A stretch of 64,000 bases of DNA from Camelus ferus (lineage: Eukaryota): NCBI RefSeq assembly GCF_009834535.1, contig NC_045696.1, positions 109,804,001 through 109,868,000 of the forward strand, read 5' to 3'. The notes below the pieces were generated by a model. That model was not told the DNA's origin. It saw only the letters and a program-made list of their open reading frames with translations, and made no database searches. The position numbers and the translations under genes were made by a program. Below are positions 1 through 11,456 of this stretch, piece by piece; position 1 is the first letter of the stretch, and each line of letters begins with the position of its first letter.

Positions 1-338
1 CAGATTATTTTTACTAAGAATCCATTGTGTATATACATGGAAATACTCAGTACATACATTGAAGGAAAGTACTTGGGGTTATCTTTACTTCCCAGTGGAG
101 TTGTTAAAGTTACACCATAAAACACACTTCACTCTAGCTCACTATTGGACTCTGGGAGGTTTGATTACCAGTAGCCACAAGGACCTTCTTTTAAGGCAGC
201 CTGTAAACATTGTGCTTCCTGTGTACTTATGGTTATTTCAAGTGGTAAGTATACAACTACTGACTGGTAAACAAAGTCACTAGGTTTCCGAACATTACTA
301 TGTTTCCCTAACCCTATATGGTTAAGAGAAATACCCCC

Positions 339-618
339 CTTTTTTTAAATTGAAATGTAGTTGAGTTACAGTATTGTGATAGTTTCTGGTGTACAGCAAA
401 GTGATTCAGTTATACATATGTATATTCTTTTTCCTACTCTTTATCATTATAGGTTATTGCAGGGTACTGAATGTAGTTCCCTGTTCTGTACACTAGGACA
501 TTGTTGTTCATCTATTTTATATACATCACTATTATATATAACAGTGTGTAAATCTGTTAATCCCAAGCTCCTAATTTATCCCTCCCCCACTTTTCACCTT
601 TGGTGACTGTAAGTTTAA
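339..618 (-). mobile_element. 5'-truncated L1 3' end (artiodactyl type)
   Basis: Poly-T followed by the typical reverse-strand L1 3' UTR text (attgaaatgtagttg...ggtgtacagcaaagtgattcagttatacat...). The same family occurs on + at 32682 and 62289. Confidence 0.8.
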
Positions 619-952
619 GAGCAATCCTCTTTTTAAACTCAGCAGTCATTCCACAATTTTTAAAAATTTTTCTTGACAGTAAACTTTCCCCTTTGAAATT
701 TTAAATATTTGGACATTTAGTCAAAATACGTGTTTTATTTTCTAAGTAAAACAGGTAAGTTTCTGGGAGAAACATTTTAAAAAGAAAAAATTTCCCAAGC
801 TTTATTTATTCAATAAATGTTTTCAAGTGTTTATTGTGTGCTAGACGGGAGGCATGTAAAAGTGCACCACTAATTTACAGTCGAGCTTAGGGAATTTACA
901 AGTGTGGATTTTACTATGGCTGTTTGTTAAAACTGTCACTTTCATTTCTTAG

Positions 953-1173
953 GCAGTCTCGTCAGACAGTACCTGATGTCAACACAGAGCCCTCCCAAAA
1001 TGAACAGATCATTTGGGACGACCCTACAGCCAGGGAGGAGAGAGCAAGGCTCGCCAGCAATTTGCAGTGGCCTAGTTGTCCCACACAGTACTCTGAGCTT
1101 CAGGTTGACGTCAAACAGTTGGAGGATTCTCCTTTCCAGGAGCCTTTACATGATTCAAAAATTGCTGAACAGG
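953..1173 (+). CDS. TOPBP1: TOPBP1 coding exon (ATR-activation domain: [24 protein letters not shown]...[11 protein letters not shown])
   Basis: ttcttag acceptor at 951-952 and gtaatg donor at 1174. The translation matches the recalled TopBP1 AAD. Ends in phase 1, compatible with the next exon. Upstream exons lie outside the window. Confidence 0.96.
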
Positions 1174-2030
1174 GTAATGAGAAAGAAATCTACTTACTTG
1201 TTTGTATTAAGTACATGTTGACCTCTTAAACAGATAAGCATCTTGTGATCTCTGAATTGTACATACAAACGAAAAACTTCAAAATCAGATGTTTCTGATT
1301 TAATTTAAACTTTTAAAAGTCAGAAAAATAATTATAAATTGAGGTAATTTATCAGTAAATTGAAAAAAGGTATTTCATTCTTAAATTTGGAGATCGAGAT
1401 TAGGAATTTTTTTTCCCAGACCTTTTCCAGTCTTTTTTGCATTTGTGTAGTTAATGCTTAGTTTTTCTCCCAGTCACCTTGTTTTCATTTTAAGTCTTCT
1501 TCTAAATTTCACCCAACACATACCTACATTTGTTCATTGAATTTGTATGAGTTTCTCTGAATTCCCTGTTTTTTCTTTCCTTGGGCTTTACCTTGAAAGC
1601 AGAATGCTTCCTATCTTTCATCTTTTTGGTCATCTCTCCCCTACCTCCCTTCTCTTTCACATCCCATGATTTTTCCTCTACACTAGATATATGGATTTAT
1701 CTCTGCTTTTGGCTTTCTCCAAGTGTGGAATTGCTCTCATTTTTAAAATTTAGGTTACATTTTACCAGTGAAAGCTTGGTATTTAAAGAAACGGCTAGAG
1801 AAGCCCATGGGTAACACCATTTTCCCTTTTAAAGCTAATCAATTGCACTTATTTATAAGCTCTAGAAATAGGCTACTTCCTTTGCATGTTCTTTTTACAT
1901 TCCAGAATTTATGTTTAACTGTATCTTGGCTAAGACAGATGAGAATATTTCCCAGAATTTGTTCCTAGTCATATTTGGGTAACATCACACAGCAGCATTT
2001 TTTTTTTTTTTTTTTTTTTTTTGCCCTCAG

Positions 2031-2200
2031 CTGTCTGTGATCCTGGAAACGCGTGTGTGACTGAAGAAGCCGCAAAACGTCCGATCGCTGAAGAAGTGGA
2101 AACTCCCATGAAAGACAGCCACTTGATCCCTACACCGCAGGCTCCCAGCATTGCCTTCCCTCTGGCCAACCCGCCTGTGGCTCCACACCCTAGAGAAGAG
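2031..2200 (+). CDS. TOPBP1: TOPBP1 coding exon (AVCDPGN...[27 protein letters not shown])
   Basis: Poly-T tract plus cag acceptor, gtttgt donor at 2201. 170 bp, phase 1 to phase 0. Confidence 0.95.
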
Positions 2201-2433
2201 GTTTGTTTATCCTCAGTATGGTGATAAGGCTTTTGGATATTGCTGTTTTGCTGTGTTCAGAATTTGTTGATGATATCAAGGATTCATCAAATGTTGAAAG
2301 CTACATTTCTTTGTACTCTCTTGTTATTTCTGTATTTGATAACTCAGAAGACTAAAATGTCAATATAAAAGAATTGTATACCTGATAACTTTTTTTACGT
2401 TAATTTTTTCTAAAATAAACTCTTCCATTCCAG

Positions 2434-2545
2434 ATTATAACGATAGAGGAGACCAATGAAGACTTAAAAAAACAGTACACATTTCAGCTGTCATCTCTGA
2501 ATCCTCAAGAACGTATCGATTATTGTCATCTGATTGAAAAACTAG
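2434..2545 (+). CDS. TOPBP1: TOPBP1 coding exon, start of BRCT7 ([37 protein letters not shown])
   Basis: ttccag acceptor, gtacaa donor at 2546. 112 bp, phase 0 to 1. Too short for the ORF track, so translated by hand. Confidence 0.95.
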
Positions 2546-2996
2546 GTACAAGTATTTTCCTTAGGTCAAAAATGTCCCATATATTAACCTTATTTGGAAG
2601 TCAGATGTGGCTGATATTGATATCATTTGTAAGCTGTAGAAATTGAGATTAAAAAGACAGGTAACTTGTCTAAGGCTGTACATTGAGTCAGCACTGGAAC
2701 TTTGATTTTATAAAGCTCTAATCTAAATCTAAAGTCACTGGGTCATGGGATTTAAAGCTTTAGATTGAAACCAACTATTATGATTTGAGAATCTCTTGTG
2801 CTGCTTTGAGCATTTGTTCATTGTTGAAACCTCGGACAAAATTAATGAAATTACACACTTACAATATAATTAAAACCACATTTTAATGAAGTTGAAGGGA
2901 CAGTGATATCCGGAGAGGAGCTCCCTTTTGTGTGATAGTCTTACTCCACCAGTTGTCAGGCTCTCCGTCGGACACCATTCTGGAAGCCACTCCGAG

Positions 2997-3314
2997 CAGC
3001 ACTGTCCAGTAGAAATGGAATATGAGCCACATATGTCACTGGAAGCTTTCTAGTAGCTACCTGTTTAAAAGTAAAAAGAAACAAGTGAAATTAATTTTAA
3101 ACATATTTTATGTAACCTAGTATATGCAAAATATATTCAGCATGTAATTTGCATAAAATATGTGAGAGAGTGAGATATTTTACCTTTTTTTCCTGCTGAG
3201 TCTTTGAAATCTGGGATCTATTTTACCCTTCTAGCATATCTCAGTTTGGACTGGCTATGCTTCAGGTGTTAGGTAGCCATACGTGGCTAAAGGCTACTGT
3301 ATTGGACAGAGCAG
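2997..3314. mobile_element. MER33-like hAT-Charlie DNA transposon
   Basis: Terminal inverted repeats cagcactgtcca...tggacagagcag, ~320 bp, with internal text typical of MER33. Confidence 0.8.
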
Positions 3315-3949
3315 CCCTATAGAGTTAAGAACATCATAGGAAGAGAACTTAATGTGATAGCTTTATACATAGAAAACATTAAGAAATAATGGTTTTTTAT
3401 AATAGTGGCCCTGAGTCATCAAGAAAGATTTAGTATCATTTAGTGCTACCCTTTTAAGTATGTGGAGAACCATGATATACTTTTTTTTTTTAGGTTTCTA
3501 TTAGATACAGTTGTACTCTTGATAAGCTATGTTTCATGGAAACTTTACTCACATAGAACACTTTATGTTGGAGCTATAAGTTAGAATTGCTAAGCTTTAC
3601 CTAGAGCTCACCAAAATGGAATGCTTTCGCATGTCTGTCTCCTACAGTTTGTTCCATCTCTGTAAACTGTTGGCAAGAGTAGTAGCAACTAACGGAGACT
3701 TATCTAGAGGAGGACAGAGTGCAGAGGCAGATGGGTACAGACTGCTGGAACTGGGAGTCTGTGACTAGAGGGTTTTTGATACTAGAATGCAAAGAAACCC
3801 TTCATTGTATAAATGAAGCAACTATCGCCAGCTGCCCAACTGCTGTACATAAATAAATCCATTATGTTGTCTGGATCACAGTATAAATTTGTTACATAGA
3901 ATTAGATATTGATATTAATAATGGAATTTTTACCTTCTTGTCCTTTCGT

Positions 3950-4125
3950 CACTGTGATCCTGGGTGAGTTACTCTACCTACGTCCTCATGTGTAAATTGC
4001 AGATAATAACAGTAACATACCTTCATAGAGTTGTGAGGATTAAATGAGTTAATAATCTGGAGCACTTTCTTTAGTCCCTGGCATATTTGCAGTAAGTGCT
4101 CAGAAAGTCTTGGCTGCTATTATCA
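3950..4125 (+). mobile_element. MIR SINE
   Basis: MIR core (ctgtgatcctgggtgagttac...gagttgtgaggattaaatgag). Confidence 0.75.
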
Positions 4126-4619
4126 TCAGAGACCTCTGTAAAGCATGAGATCCAATGTTTTGTTGAAATCTTAGGAAGCCCTTAATACAGCTCTGTCTAA
4201 CCAGTAATCAGGTTAACCTCTAAAGTATAAACCAAAAGCCATGCTTTACATAAGCTTATATTTCCTTATGCCTTCTTTCCTCAAAGTCAGACTTCATACA
4301 TACATATCTGAGAGGAGGGTTCAGCTCCCACCTGCTCCTTCATCTCTGTTTACCTAGTGTGTGTTTTGCTCCCGAGTGTCTGTGTTGATCTACTGACCTT
4401 ATTTCCACTCACAAAAAATCTCTTTTGCTTTTAGCTGTAGATACTTCCTTTTGACCTCCATCTCCCTGGTTATATATATTCAGTGCTTGAAATTCGCTAA
4501 GGTAGTTGAGAGAGACTTAACAGGTGTAATGACCAACTGCAGTTTGTGGCCTTTGTAGTCTATTTCTTTTTATATCTTAATTGTAACAAACCAATTGCAG
4601 AGAAGCAGGAAAGTGAAGA

Positions 4620-4905
4620 TTTACTATTGAGATAGGAAGGAATTTTTGTTACCTATAATAGATCTGATAATGGCATTATAGCTGTATAAGAAAATTTCCA
4701 TATATTTTAGAGATGCATACTGAATACATAGGAGTAGAGTCAGATGATGTCTTATATTTGCTTTAAAATGGTTAAGCAGGAAAGGGGGTTAGATTCAAGT
4801 AAAGATGGCAAAACTTTGATAATTTTAGAACCTAGGTAGCCAGTGTATGGAGATTCATTTTACTGTTTTATCTACTTTTGTGTTTTAAATTTTCATAATA
4901 AACAT
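4620..4905 (+). mobile_element. Old L1 (L1MC/ME-like) 3' end
   Basis: Diagnostic 3' text (ttagagatgcatactgaa...ttcattttactgttttatctacttttgtg...cataataaa). Confidence 0.6.
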
Positions 4906-5065
4906 TATGTTATTAAAAAAATTTGTAAAGAAAATAATTGTCAGTCAAGGGTTTTGGGGTTTTGGGGGGCATTTTGTTTATAAGTAATTTCTATGAATAG
5001 TTGAGATACATTTTTCTGAGGAAAAATTTAAGAATCAATAAAGTACCAATTTTTCTCTAATTAAG

Positions 5066-5229
5066 GTGGATTAGTGATTGAGAAGCAGTGCTTTGATCCC
5101 AGCTGTACACACATTGTTGTGGGACATCCGCTTCGAAACGAGAAGTATTTAGGCTCAGTGGCAGCTGGGAAATGGGTGCTTCATCGCTCCTACCTTGAAG
5201 CATGCAGGACTGCTGGGCGCTTCGTGCCG
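5066..5229 (+). CDS. TOPBP1: TOPBP1 coding exon, BRCT7 ([54 protein letters not shown])
   Basis: taag acceptor at 5064-5065, gtgtgt donor at 5230. 164 bp, phase 1 to 0. BRCT motifs THIVV and WVL are present. Confidence 0.96.
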
Positions 5230-5999
5230 GTGTGTATTCAAATTAATGTGAAGGGTGATTTTTCTTTAAAAGTAAACATCTTAATAATTGGTTCCAGTAC
5301 ATATAGTGACTGTTCATGTAATTGAAATAACCAGATATGACCAATTAAATTATACTAATTTTATAAGGTTCCTGTTAACAGTTAAAGCAGAAAAATTTGA
5401 GGATCATAGATGCAGATTCTTAGTTATATCAGTTTTATTTACTATAATTTGAATGGATTTTTTTTAATTGAAATAACATTAGAAAATTTCAGGATTATCT
5501 CATAAGCTTTTATCTTTATTGCCAATCCGTAAAATACTAACTAGTGACTTGAAATATTTTGGTTCCTAACTAACTTTCACAGTAATATCTATCATGTAGT
5601 TTTTGAAGTTTTCAATCAAGATCCCTTAGGGATCTCTTCTATAGACAGGTAATCAAGCTGTTAATATAGATCTCCTCTGACACCAGGTCCTTCTGTGAAG
5701 TTCATCTTGCAGTAGGTGAAGCCTAATGATCTTAAATATTACCAGTTGCTAAGATGTAGTTAAATGTGTTTCTTAGAAAAGTATGCAATAATTTTCTGAT
5801 TTCTAATTAAAACCAATGTACTTGACTCTTACATGAAGCCAAATTAATCTACATTTCCTCCATGCTCATAAACTGATACTTACTCAGTAGTCTTTTTATT
5901 TATAGGAATTGAATGTGTAGCTTTTATAACTCTCATAGATTGTGGCCTCCTTCAGGATATATTGTAGGAACTCAAAAGTTTGTTGGGCTACTTCTGTAG

Positions 6000-6137
6000 G
6001 AAGAAGACTATGAATGGGGAAGTAGTTCCATACTTGATGTTTTGACTGGAATCAGCGCACAGCAACGAAAACTAGCACTTGCGGCAATGAGATGGAGGAA
6101 GAAAATCCAGCAAAGACACGAGTCAGGCATTGTCGAG
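6000..6137 (+). CDS. TOPBP1: TOPBP1 coding exon ([17 protein letters not shown]...[19 protein letters not shown])
   Basis: ctgtag acceptor, gtatta donor at 6138. 138 bp = 46 codons. Confidence 0.95.
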
Positions 6138-6724
6138 GTATTAATGCATATAATTATGTAGGTAGTGTGAATGGTATTCAGTGTCATGACTATTCCAGGT
6201 TGTAAATTTTTTTTTATAAATAAAACTGAAAAATAGCTATATTTTCTTATTTTAAAGGCAATTTGTTTTCATTACAGCAAAATCAGAAAATGAAACATAA
6301 AAACAAATCAAACAGAACAAAACAGCCTCCCTTAGAGCATCATTAATTACTGTGACCATCTCCATGTATGTTTTTCCAAACTTGCATCGTCTGTCTGTGT
6401 AGCTAGCTATCAAACAAAATGGGATCATTACCACATTATTTTGTAACCTGTTTTTTTAAACTAAATTACGAACATCTTTCCATGTCCATAAGCATACCCC
6501 CACACTAGCATTTTTAATGTTTAAGGAATATTTTCTAAGCAAGACATTATTCCAGGTGCTGCAGTTTATATACGAAAATGGGCAAGATCATCTCTGCCCT
6601 CATGTGGATAACAATTTTTTTCCCTTTGTAACATTTAGGTCATTTCCATATTTTTGCTTTTACAAACAATGATGTGATGGATCTCCTTGTAGTTAAATCT
6701 TTGTATACACTCATAATTTTTGAA

Positions 6725-7082
6725 TGATCGCATTGGTTACTCTGTTTGTCCCTCTGGGTTTATTCCACATCCTTCTTGGCCTTGCTCTGTGGCCCACATC
6801 ACTGGGCTCACTTATACCTTCTGGTGATGGGAAGCACTAGCAGGACGTTGGAGTGGGGCAGTAGAGGGAGATGGATGATGTATTCTGACTGCCACCCTCC
6901 CTCCTTGTGGATTTTCATTAGCTGCATTCTTGTATTGATGATGGCTTTTGTGTGTGGGCACCCCTCCCAGAACTCAGTTCTCAGCTCACCCCATGATACT
7001 GCGCCATTCCTTGTTGGTTTACCTTAACCTTGTCTTGGAGCATTCTTCATTAAACCCTTCTCACTTACCCCAGGAGAGTAGG
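6725..7082 (+). mobile_element. Old ERVL LTR (LTR33/LTR16-like), 3' end missing
   Basis: Ends with cttcattaaacccttctcacttacccca, resembling the LTR33 poly(A) region; interrupted by the next LTR. Confidence 0.5.
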
Positions 7083-7083
7083 C

Positions 7084-7487
7084 TGTAGGGGTGAAAATTT
7101 TCCCTCATTCCCTTCTAGGTTCTTTGGCCGATCTAAGAATCAAATTGACATATGACAGATTAACAGGAGAAAAACAAAACTTAATTTTGTTAAAGGGAGC
7201 ACCATAAAAAAAAAATGAGATCCAAGGGTAAGTTGGGCAGATGAGGCTTACATCTCATCCTGAGCTAGGAATGGGATAGGAGCTTGAGGCTTCAGAGGGC
7301 AGAAGGCTGATTCACAGGATGATAAGAGCAGATGTTTGGTAATTAGATGTTTGCCCTGCCATACAGATGGGTCTTTCACATAAAAAGCTGTCTCTGGTAG
7401 CCGTGCTCTTTCTAGGCCAGGTCCCCTATCTGAATTCTTATAGGTAGTCAAGGGAGAGGTAAAAGTTTTTCTTGAATCTGCTGGGCC
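7084..7487 (-). mobile_element. ERV1-type LTR fragment
   Basis: Begins tgtagggg and contains gacagattaacaggagaaaaac text typical of laurasiatherian ERV1 LTRs. Truncated at the poly-T at 7488. Confidence 0.65.
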
Positions 7488-7883
7488 TTTTTTTTTTTTT
7501 TTTTCCTGTTTTTCCACTATATGTTCATGCATTTATTTTATAAAATTCCCCAGTTTCTAGGCATTATCTCATTTTTTCTTTTATTTTGCTCTTGAATCAG
7601 CAGTTAGTTACTGGAATTCCTTAAAACTCTCAGTTTTATGAAGGTATCTTCCTGCTTTGCTTTTCTTGAACCTCTTCTCTCCTTTTCCACATCTTGGATG
7701 GAGTCAAGCAGAGGTTGATTCCTGGTTTCAGGAAAGAGTGGGCCAACAAGACCAGTGAGGATGGGGAAGGCTCCATAGATGATCCAGGGCAGGTGGGGAG
7801 AATACATCATTAGGATCATGATGATGGGAGATAGGACTGCCCCAATATTAGCAGCAATTCCCAGGATTCCTGTAGTTGTTACC
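7488..7883 (-). pseudogene. Retroposed 3' fragment of an SLC22A9/A10/A24-like organic anion transporter mRNA
   Basis: The minus strand translates [83 protein letters not shown] (SLC22 TM11-12, PET motif and tail). It is followed by 3' UTR, AATAAA (7537-7532) and a 17-nt poly(A) (7504-7488). Confidence 0.88.
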
Positions 7884-7965
7884 CCATAGAAAAGAAGGAT
7901 ATTTAGTCATTTGTGGCCCTTCACTCCAAAAATCAGAATTTTATCATTGGCATAAACATTTCCCT

Positions 7966-8258
7966 GCATTAAAAACAACAAAATACCTAGAAATAAACTT
8001 AACCAAGGAGGTTACCTATACTCTGAAAACTGTAAAACATTGATGAAGGAAATTGAAGATGATACAAAGAAATGGAAAGATTTCTTGTGCTTTTGGATTG
8101 GAAGAATCAACAGTATCAAAATGGCCGTACTACCCAAAGCAATCCACAGATCCAGTGCAACCCCAGTCAAAATACTCATGACAATTTTCACGGAGCTAGA
8201 ACAAGCAATTCCAAAATTTATATGGAACCATAGAAGACATCAAGTTGCCAAAACAATC
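7966..8258 (+). mobile_element. L1 ORF2 fragment
   Basis: Translates MKEIEDDTKKWKD...WIGRIN..KMAVLPKAI, the post-RT region of L1 ORF2. Confidence 0.9.
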
Positions 8259-8261
8259 TTT

Positions 8262-10297
8262 TGTGGGTTTTTTTTTTCTTTTTTCTTTTTTCTTTATGTT
8301 CTCTTTTCTTGTGGTTTGATGACTAGAGAAGTTCCTTTAACATTTGTTATAAAGCAGGTTTGGTGGTACTGAATTTTTTTAGCTTTTGTTTATCTGTGAA
8401 GCGTTAGATTTTTCCATCAAATCTGAATGAGAGCCTTCCTGGCTAGAATATTCTTGGTTGTAAGTTTTGCCCTTTTATCACTTTAAATATATCTTGCCAC
8501 TCCCTTCCAGCCTCTAGAGTTTCTACTGAAAAATCAGCTGATAACCTAATGGGAGTTCCCTTGTATGTTATTTGTTGCTTTTCTCTTGCTGATTTTAATA
8601 TTTTCTCCTTATCCTTAATTTTTGTCAGTTTGATTACTGTGAGCCTTGGTGTGTTCCCCTGTTTAGTTGATCCTGTGTAGAACTCTCTGTGCTTCCTGGA
8701 CTTGGGTAACCATTTCCTTTCCCAGGTTGGAGACGTTTTCGGTTATCTTTTCAAAAATTTTCTCAGGTCCTTTCTCTTTCCTCTTTCTGGGACCCCTATA
8801 ATGCAAATATTACTGCTTCATGTTGTCCCAGAGTTCTCTTAAACTATCCTCATTTCTTTAACCTTTTTTCTTTTTTTCTGTTCTGCAATAGTATTTCCTC
8901 TAATCTAGCTCACTGATCCATTCTTATGCCTCATTTAATCTATTCTTGGTTCCTTCTAGTGTATTTTTCATTTCAGTTTTATTCTTCAACACTGTTTGGG
9001 TATTCTTTATATTTTCCAGCTCTTTGCTAAAAACTTCACTCTGTGCGTCTGTATTTCTCTTGAGTTCTCTGAACATCTTTGCCATCATTACTTTAAACTC
9101 TTTCTCAGATAAATTGCCTATCTCCTCATCATTTATTTCTTCTGGATTTTATCTTGTGCCTTGGCCTGGGAGATACTCCTCTGAGGCCTCATATTGTCTG
9201 TCTTTCTATTTGTATTTTTAGGTTGGTTAGTTACGTTTCTTGACCTTGGAGAGGTGGCTCTCTGTGGGAGGGGTCCTATGCGTCCCATCAGTACACTCCT
9301 CTCTTGTCACCCAAGGGCCAGGGTCCAGCTGGTCCCAGTGTAGAGTCTGGCCTGTGTTTGTGGATTCCTTCCACAGGCTTTGGGATTGTTGCTTTCTTAT
9401 TTCTGGTATCTGCCCCTTGTGGGTGAGGCTGGACTAGAGGCTTATTCAGGTTTTCTGGCAGGAGGAGTTGGTGACTGCCCACTGCTGGGTAGAGTTTGGT
9501 CCTGAACCTCTGGTGGGTAGGGCCATATCTAGAGGTGTTTGTGGCTCAGGAAGTCTGCTGACAGGTTGGGCTGTGTTCCCACCCAGTATGTTGTTTGGCC
9601 TGAGGCTTCCCAGCCCTTAAGCCTACAGGCTGTTGGATGGAGCTAGGCCTTCCTGCTGATGATCTAATCAAGATGTCAGCCTCCAGGAAAGCTCGTATAT
9701 ATGAACACTCCTGAAATGTCCACCACCAGTTTTTATGTCCCCTGAGTGAGGCACAGCCATCTCCTACCTCCCCAGGAGACCCTCCAAAACCAGCAGGCGG
9801 GCCTGGCCCAGGTTCCTGTGAAATTACTGCCTCTGCCCTTGGACCTGGCACACACAAGATTCTGTGTACGCTTCCCAAGAGAGTGAAGTCTCTGTTTCCC
9901 CCAGTCCCATGGGGCTCCTGTAGTTAAGCCCCACTGGCCTTCAAAACCAGATGTCCTGGGGTCTCCTCCTCCTCCCAATGGTGGAACCATGGCCTGGGGA
10001 GCCTGAGATGGGGCTCACAACTCTTACTCCTGTGGGAGGGCCTCTGCAACTTGTTCTTCAGCTTGTGGGTCACTTACCTGGCGGGTATGGGGCCCAATTA
10101 TATCACATGCACACACCTCCTACCGTCCCACTGTGGTTCCCTTTATGTTTCCAGTTGAAAAAGATCATTTTTGCTAGGTTCCAGTCTTTTTTTTTTTTTT
10201 TTTTTTTGATGGTTGTTTAGCAGTCAGTTGTGGTTTTGTTGTGGTTGTGAGGAGAGGTGAGCTCATGGTCCTGCCATCTTGACTGGCAGTCTTCTCC
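8262..10297 (-). mobile_element. L1 5' half (5' UTR plus degenerate ORF1 ~9192-8323)
   Basis: The minus strand starts ggag...caagatggc (L1 5' end). ORF1 ends with TTKPAL..MLKELL*, followed by an A-rich spacer. Confidence 0.85.
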
Positions 10298-10540
10298 AAA
10301 TTGTAAACTTTTTTAAGAAAATATGCTTGACAAAATAATAATTCTATTTTTTATCCCTTGGTTGATATACTTAGTTTGGGCATCCGAAATTCAGCTTAGT
10401 GTTAATTCCTAATTCTTCTAATTGTGGTCGACAGTAAGGTATATATATATAATGTTGGTCGTTCTTTTAAAAATCATTTATATCTGTAAAATGTGACCCA
10501 TACTATATTTCTTCCAAAGAATCTCTTTAGCATCTATCTC

Positions 10541-11456
10541 CAGGGGTTCTCAGCTTGAGGTCCACCGACTCTCCCAAAGTTTATAGATCAAATTCAAGAA
10601 GGAAAAAAATACATCCTTATTTTTACTAACCTCTAATTGAAAGTTCACATTTCTTTCATTATAAGTCGAGGCAACAAACCACAACACTATTAACAAGATC
10701 TGTGACTCTGCCCCATGGAAATCAGATATTTTTGCTTGTGTTAACAGTTGTAAGTATCTTGAAATATTGTTCATCACTACTTTAAAATTATAGTACACAC
10801 AGATGTCCCCAGCTTGTGATGGTTCAACTTGACGATGGTGCAAAAGTGGTACACATTCAGTAGAAACCGTACTTTGAATCTTGTATTTTGATTTTGAACT
10901 TTTCCCAGGCTAGCGACACGCAGCACAGCCCTCTCTCGTGACGCTGGGCAGCGGCAGTGAGCCGCGTGATCACAGGGGAGAACAAGCAGGACACTCGCAG
11001 TCATTCTGGCTTTCCCTTTCAGTAAGGCGTTCAGTAAATTACATGAGCTAGTCAGCCCTTTGTTATAAAATAGGCTTTGTGTTCGATGATTTTGCCCAGC
11101 CGTAGGCTAATGTAAGTGTTCTGAGCGGGTTTAAGCTGGGCTGCTCTAAGCAATGGTATTTGATAGGTTAGGTATATTAAATGCATTTTTGACTAAATGA
11201 TATTTTCGACTTATGATGGGTTTAATATAGAAGCACATCTGTTATGTCATAATTTTTTAAACATTTTGATAATTTTCAATAAATGGTTTCCTTCGTAATA
11301 CTTTATACGTCATTTTGAACATTAAAAAAATTCATGTGGTATGGAAATTCCATCTCAATAAAACTGTTATTTTTAAAAAATTACTTAGAGGACAGAGCCA
11401 TGGGTTTCACTAGACTGCTGAAGGGGTCCATGGCTCACAAAAAGGTTAAGAACCCA
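10541..11456. mobile_element. hAT-Charlie-type DNA transposon, interrupted by MER47
   Basis: Termini caggggttctcagc... and ...aaggggtccatggctcacaaaaaggttaagaaccc. Confidence 0.6.
10800..11241. mobile_element. MER47/Tigger5-like TcMar DNA transposon
   Basis: TIRs cagatg...catctg and internal cattcagtagaaaccgtactttgaa text. Confidence 0.75.

Noticed and set aside
7604..7819. 71-aa ORF as a functional small membrane protein
   Set aside because: It is a fragment of a retrocopy with an apparent frameshift near the C-terminus and no evidence of its own expression. Kept as a pseudogene.
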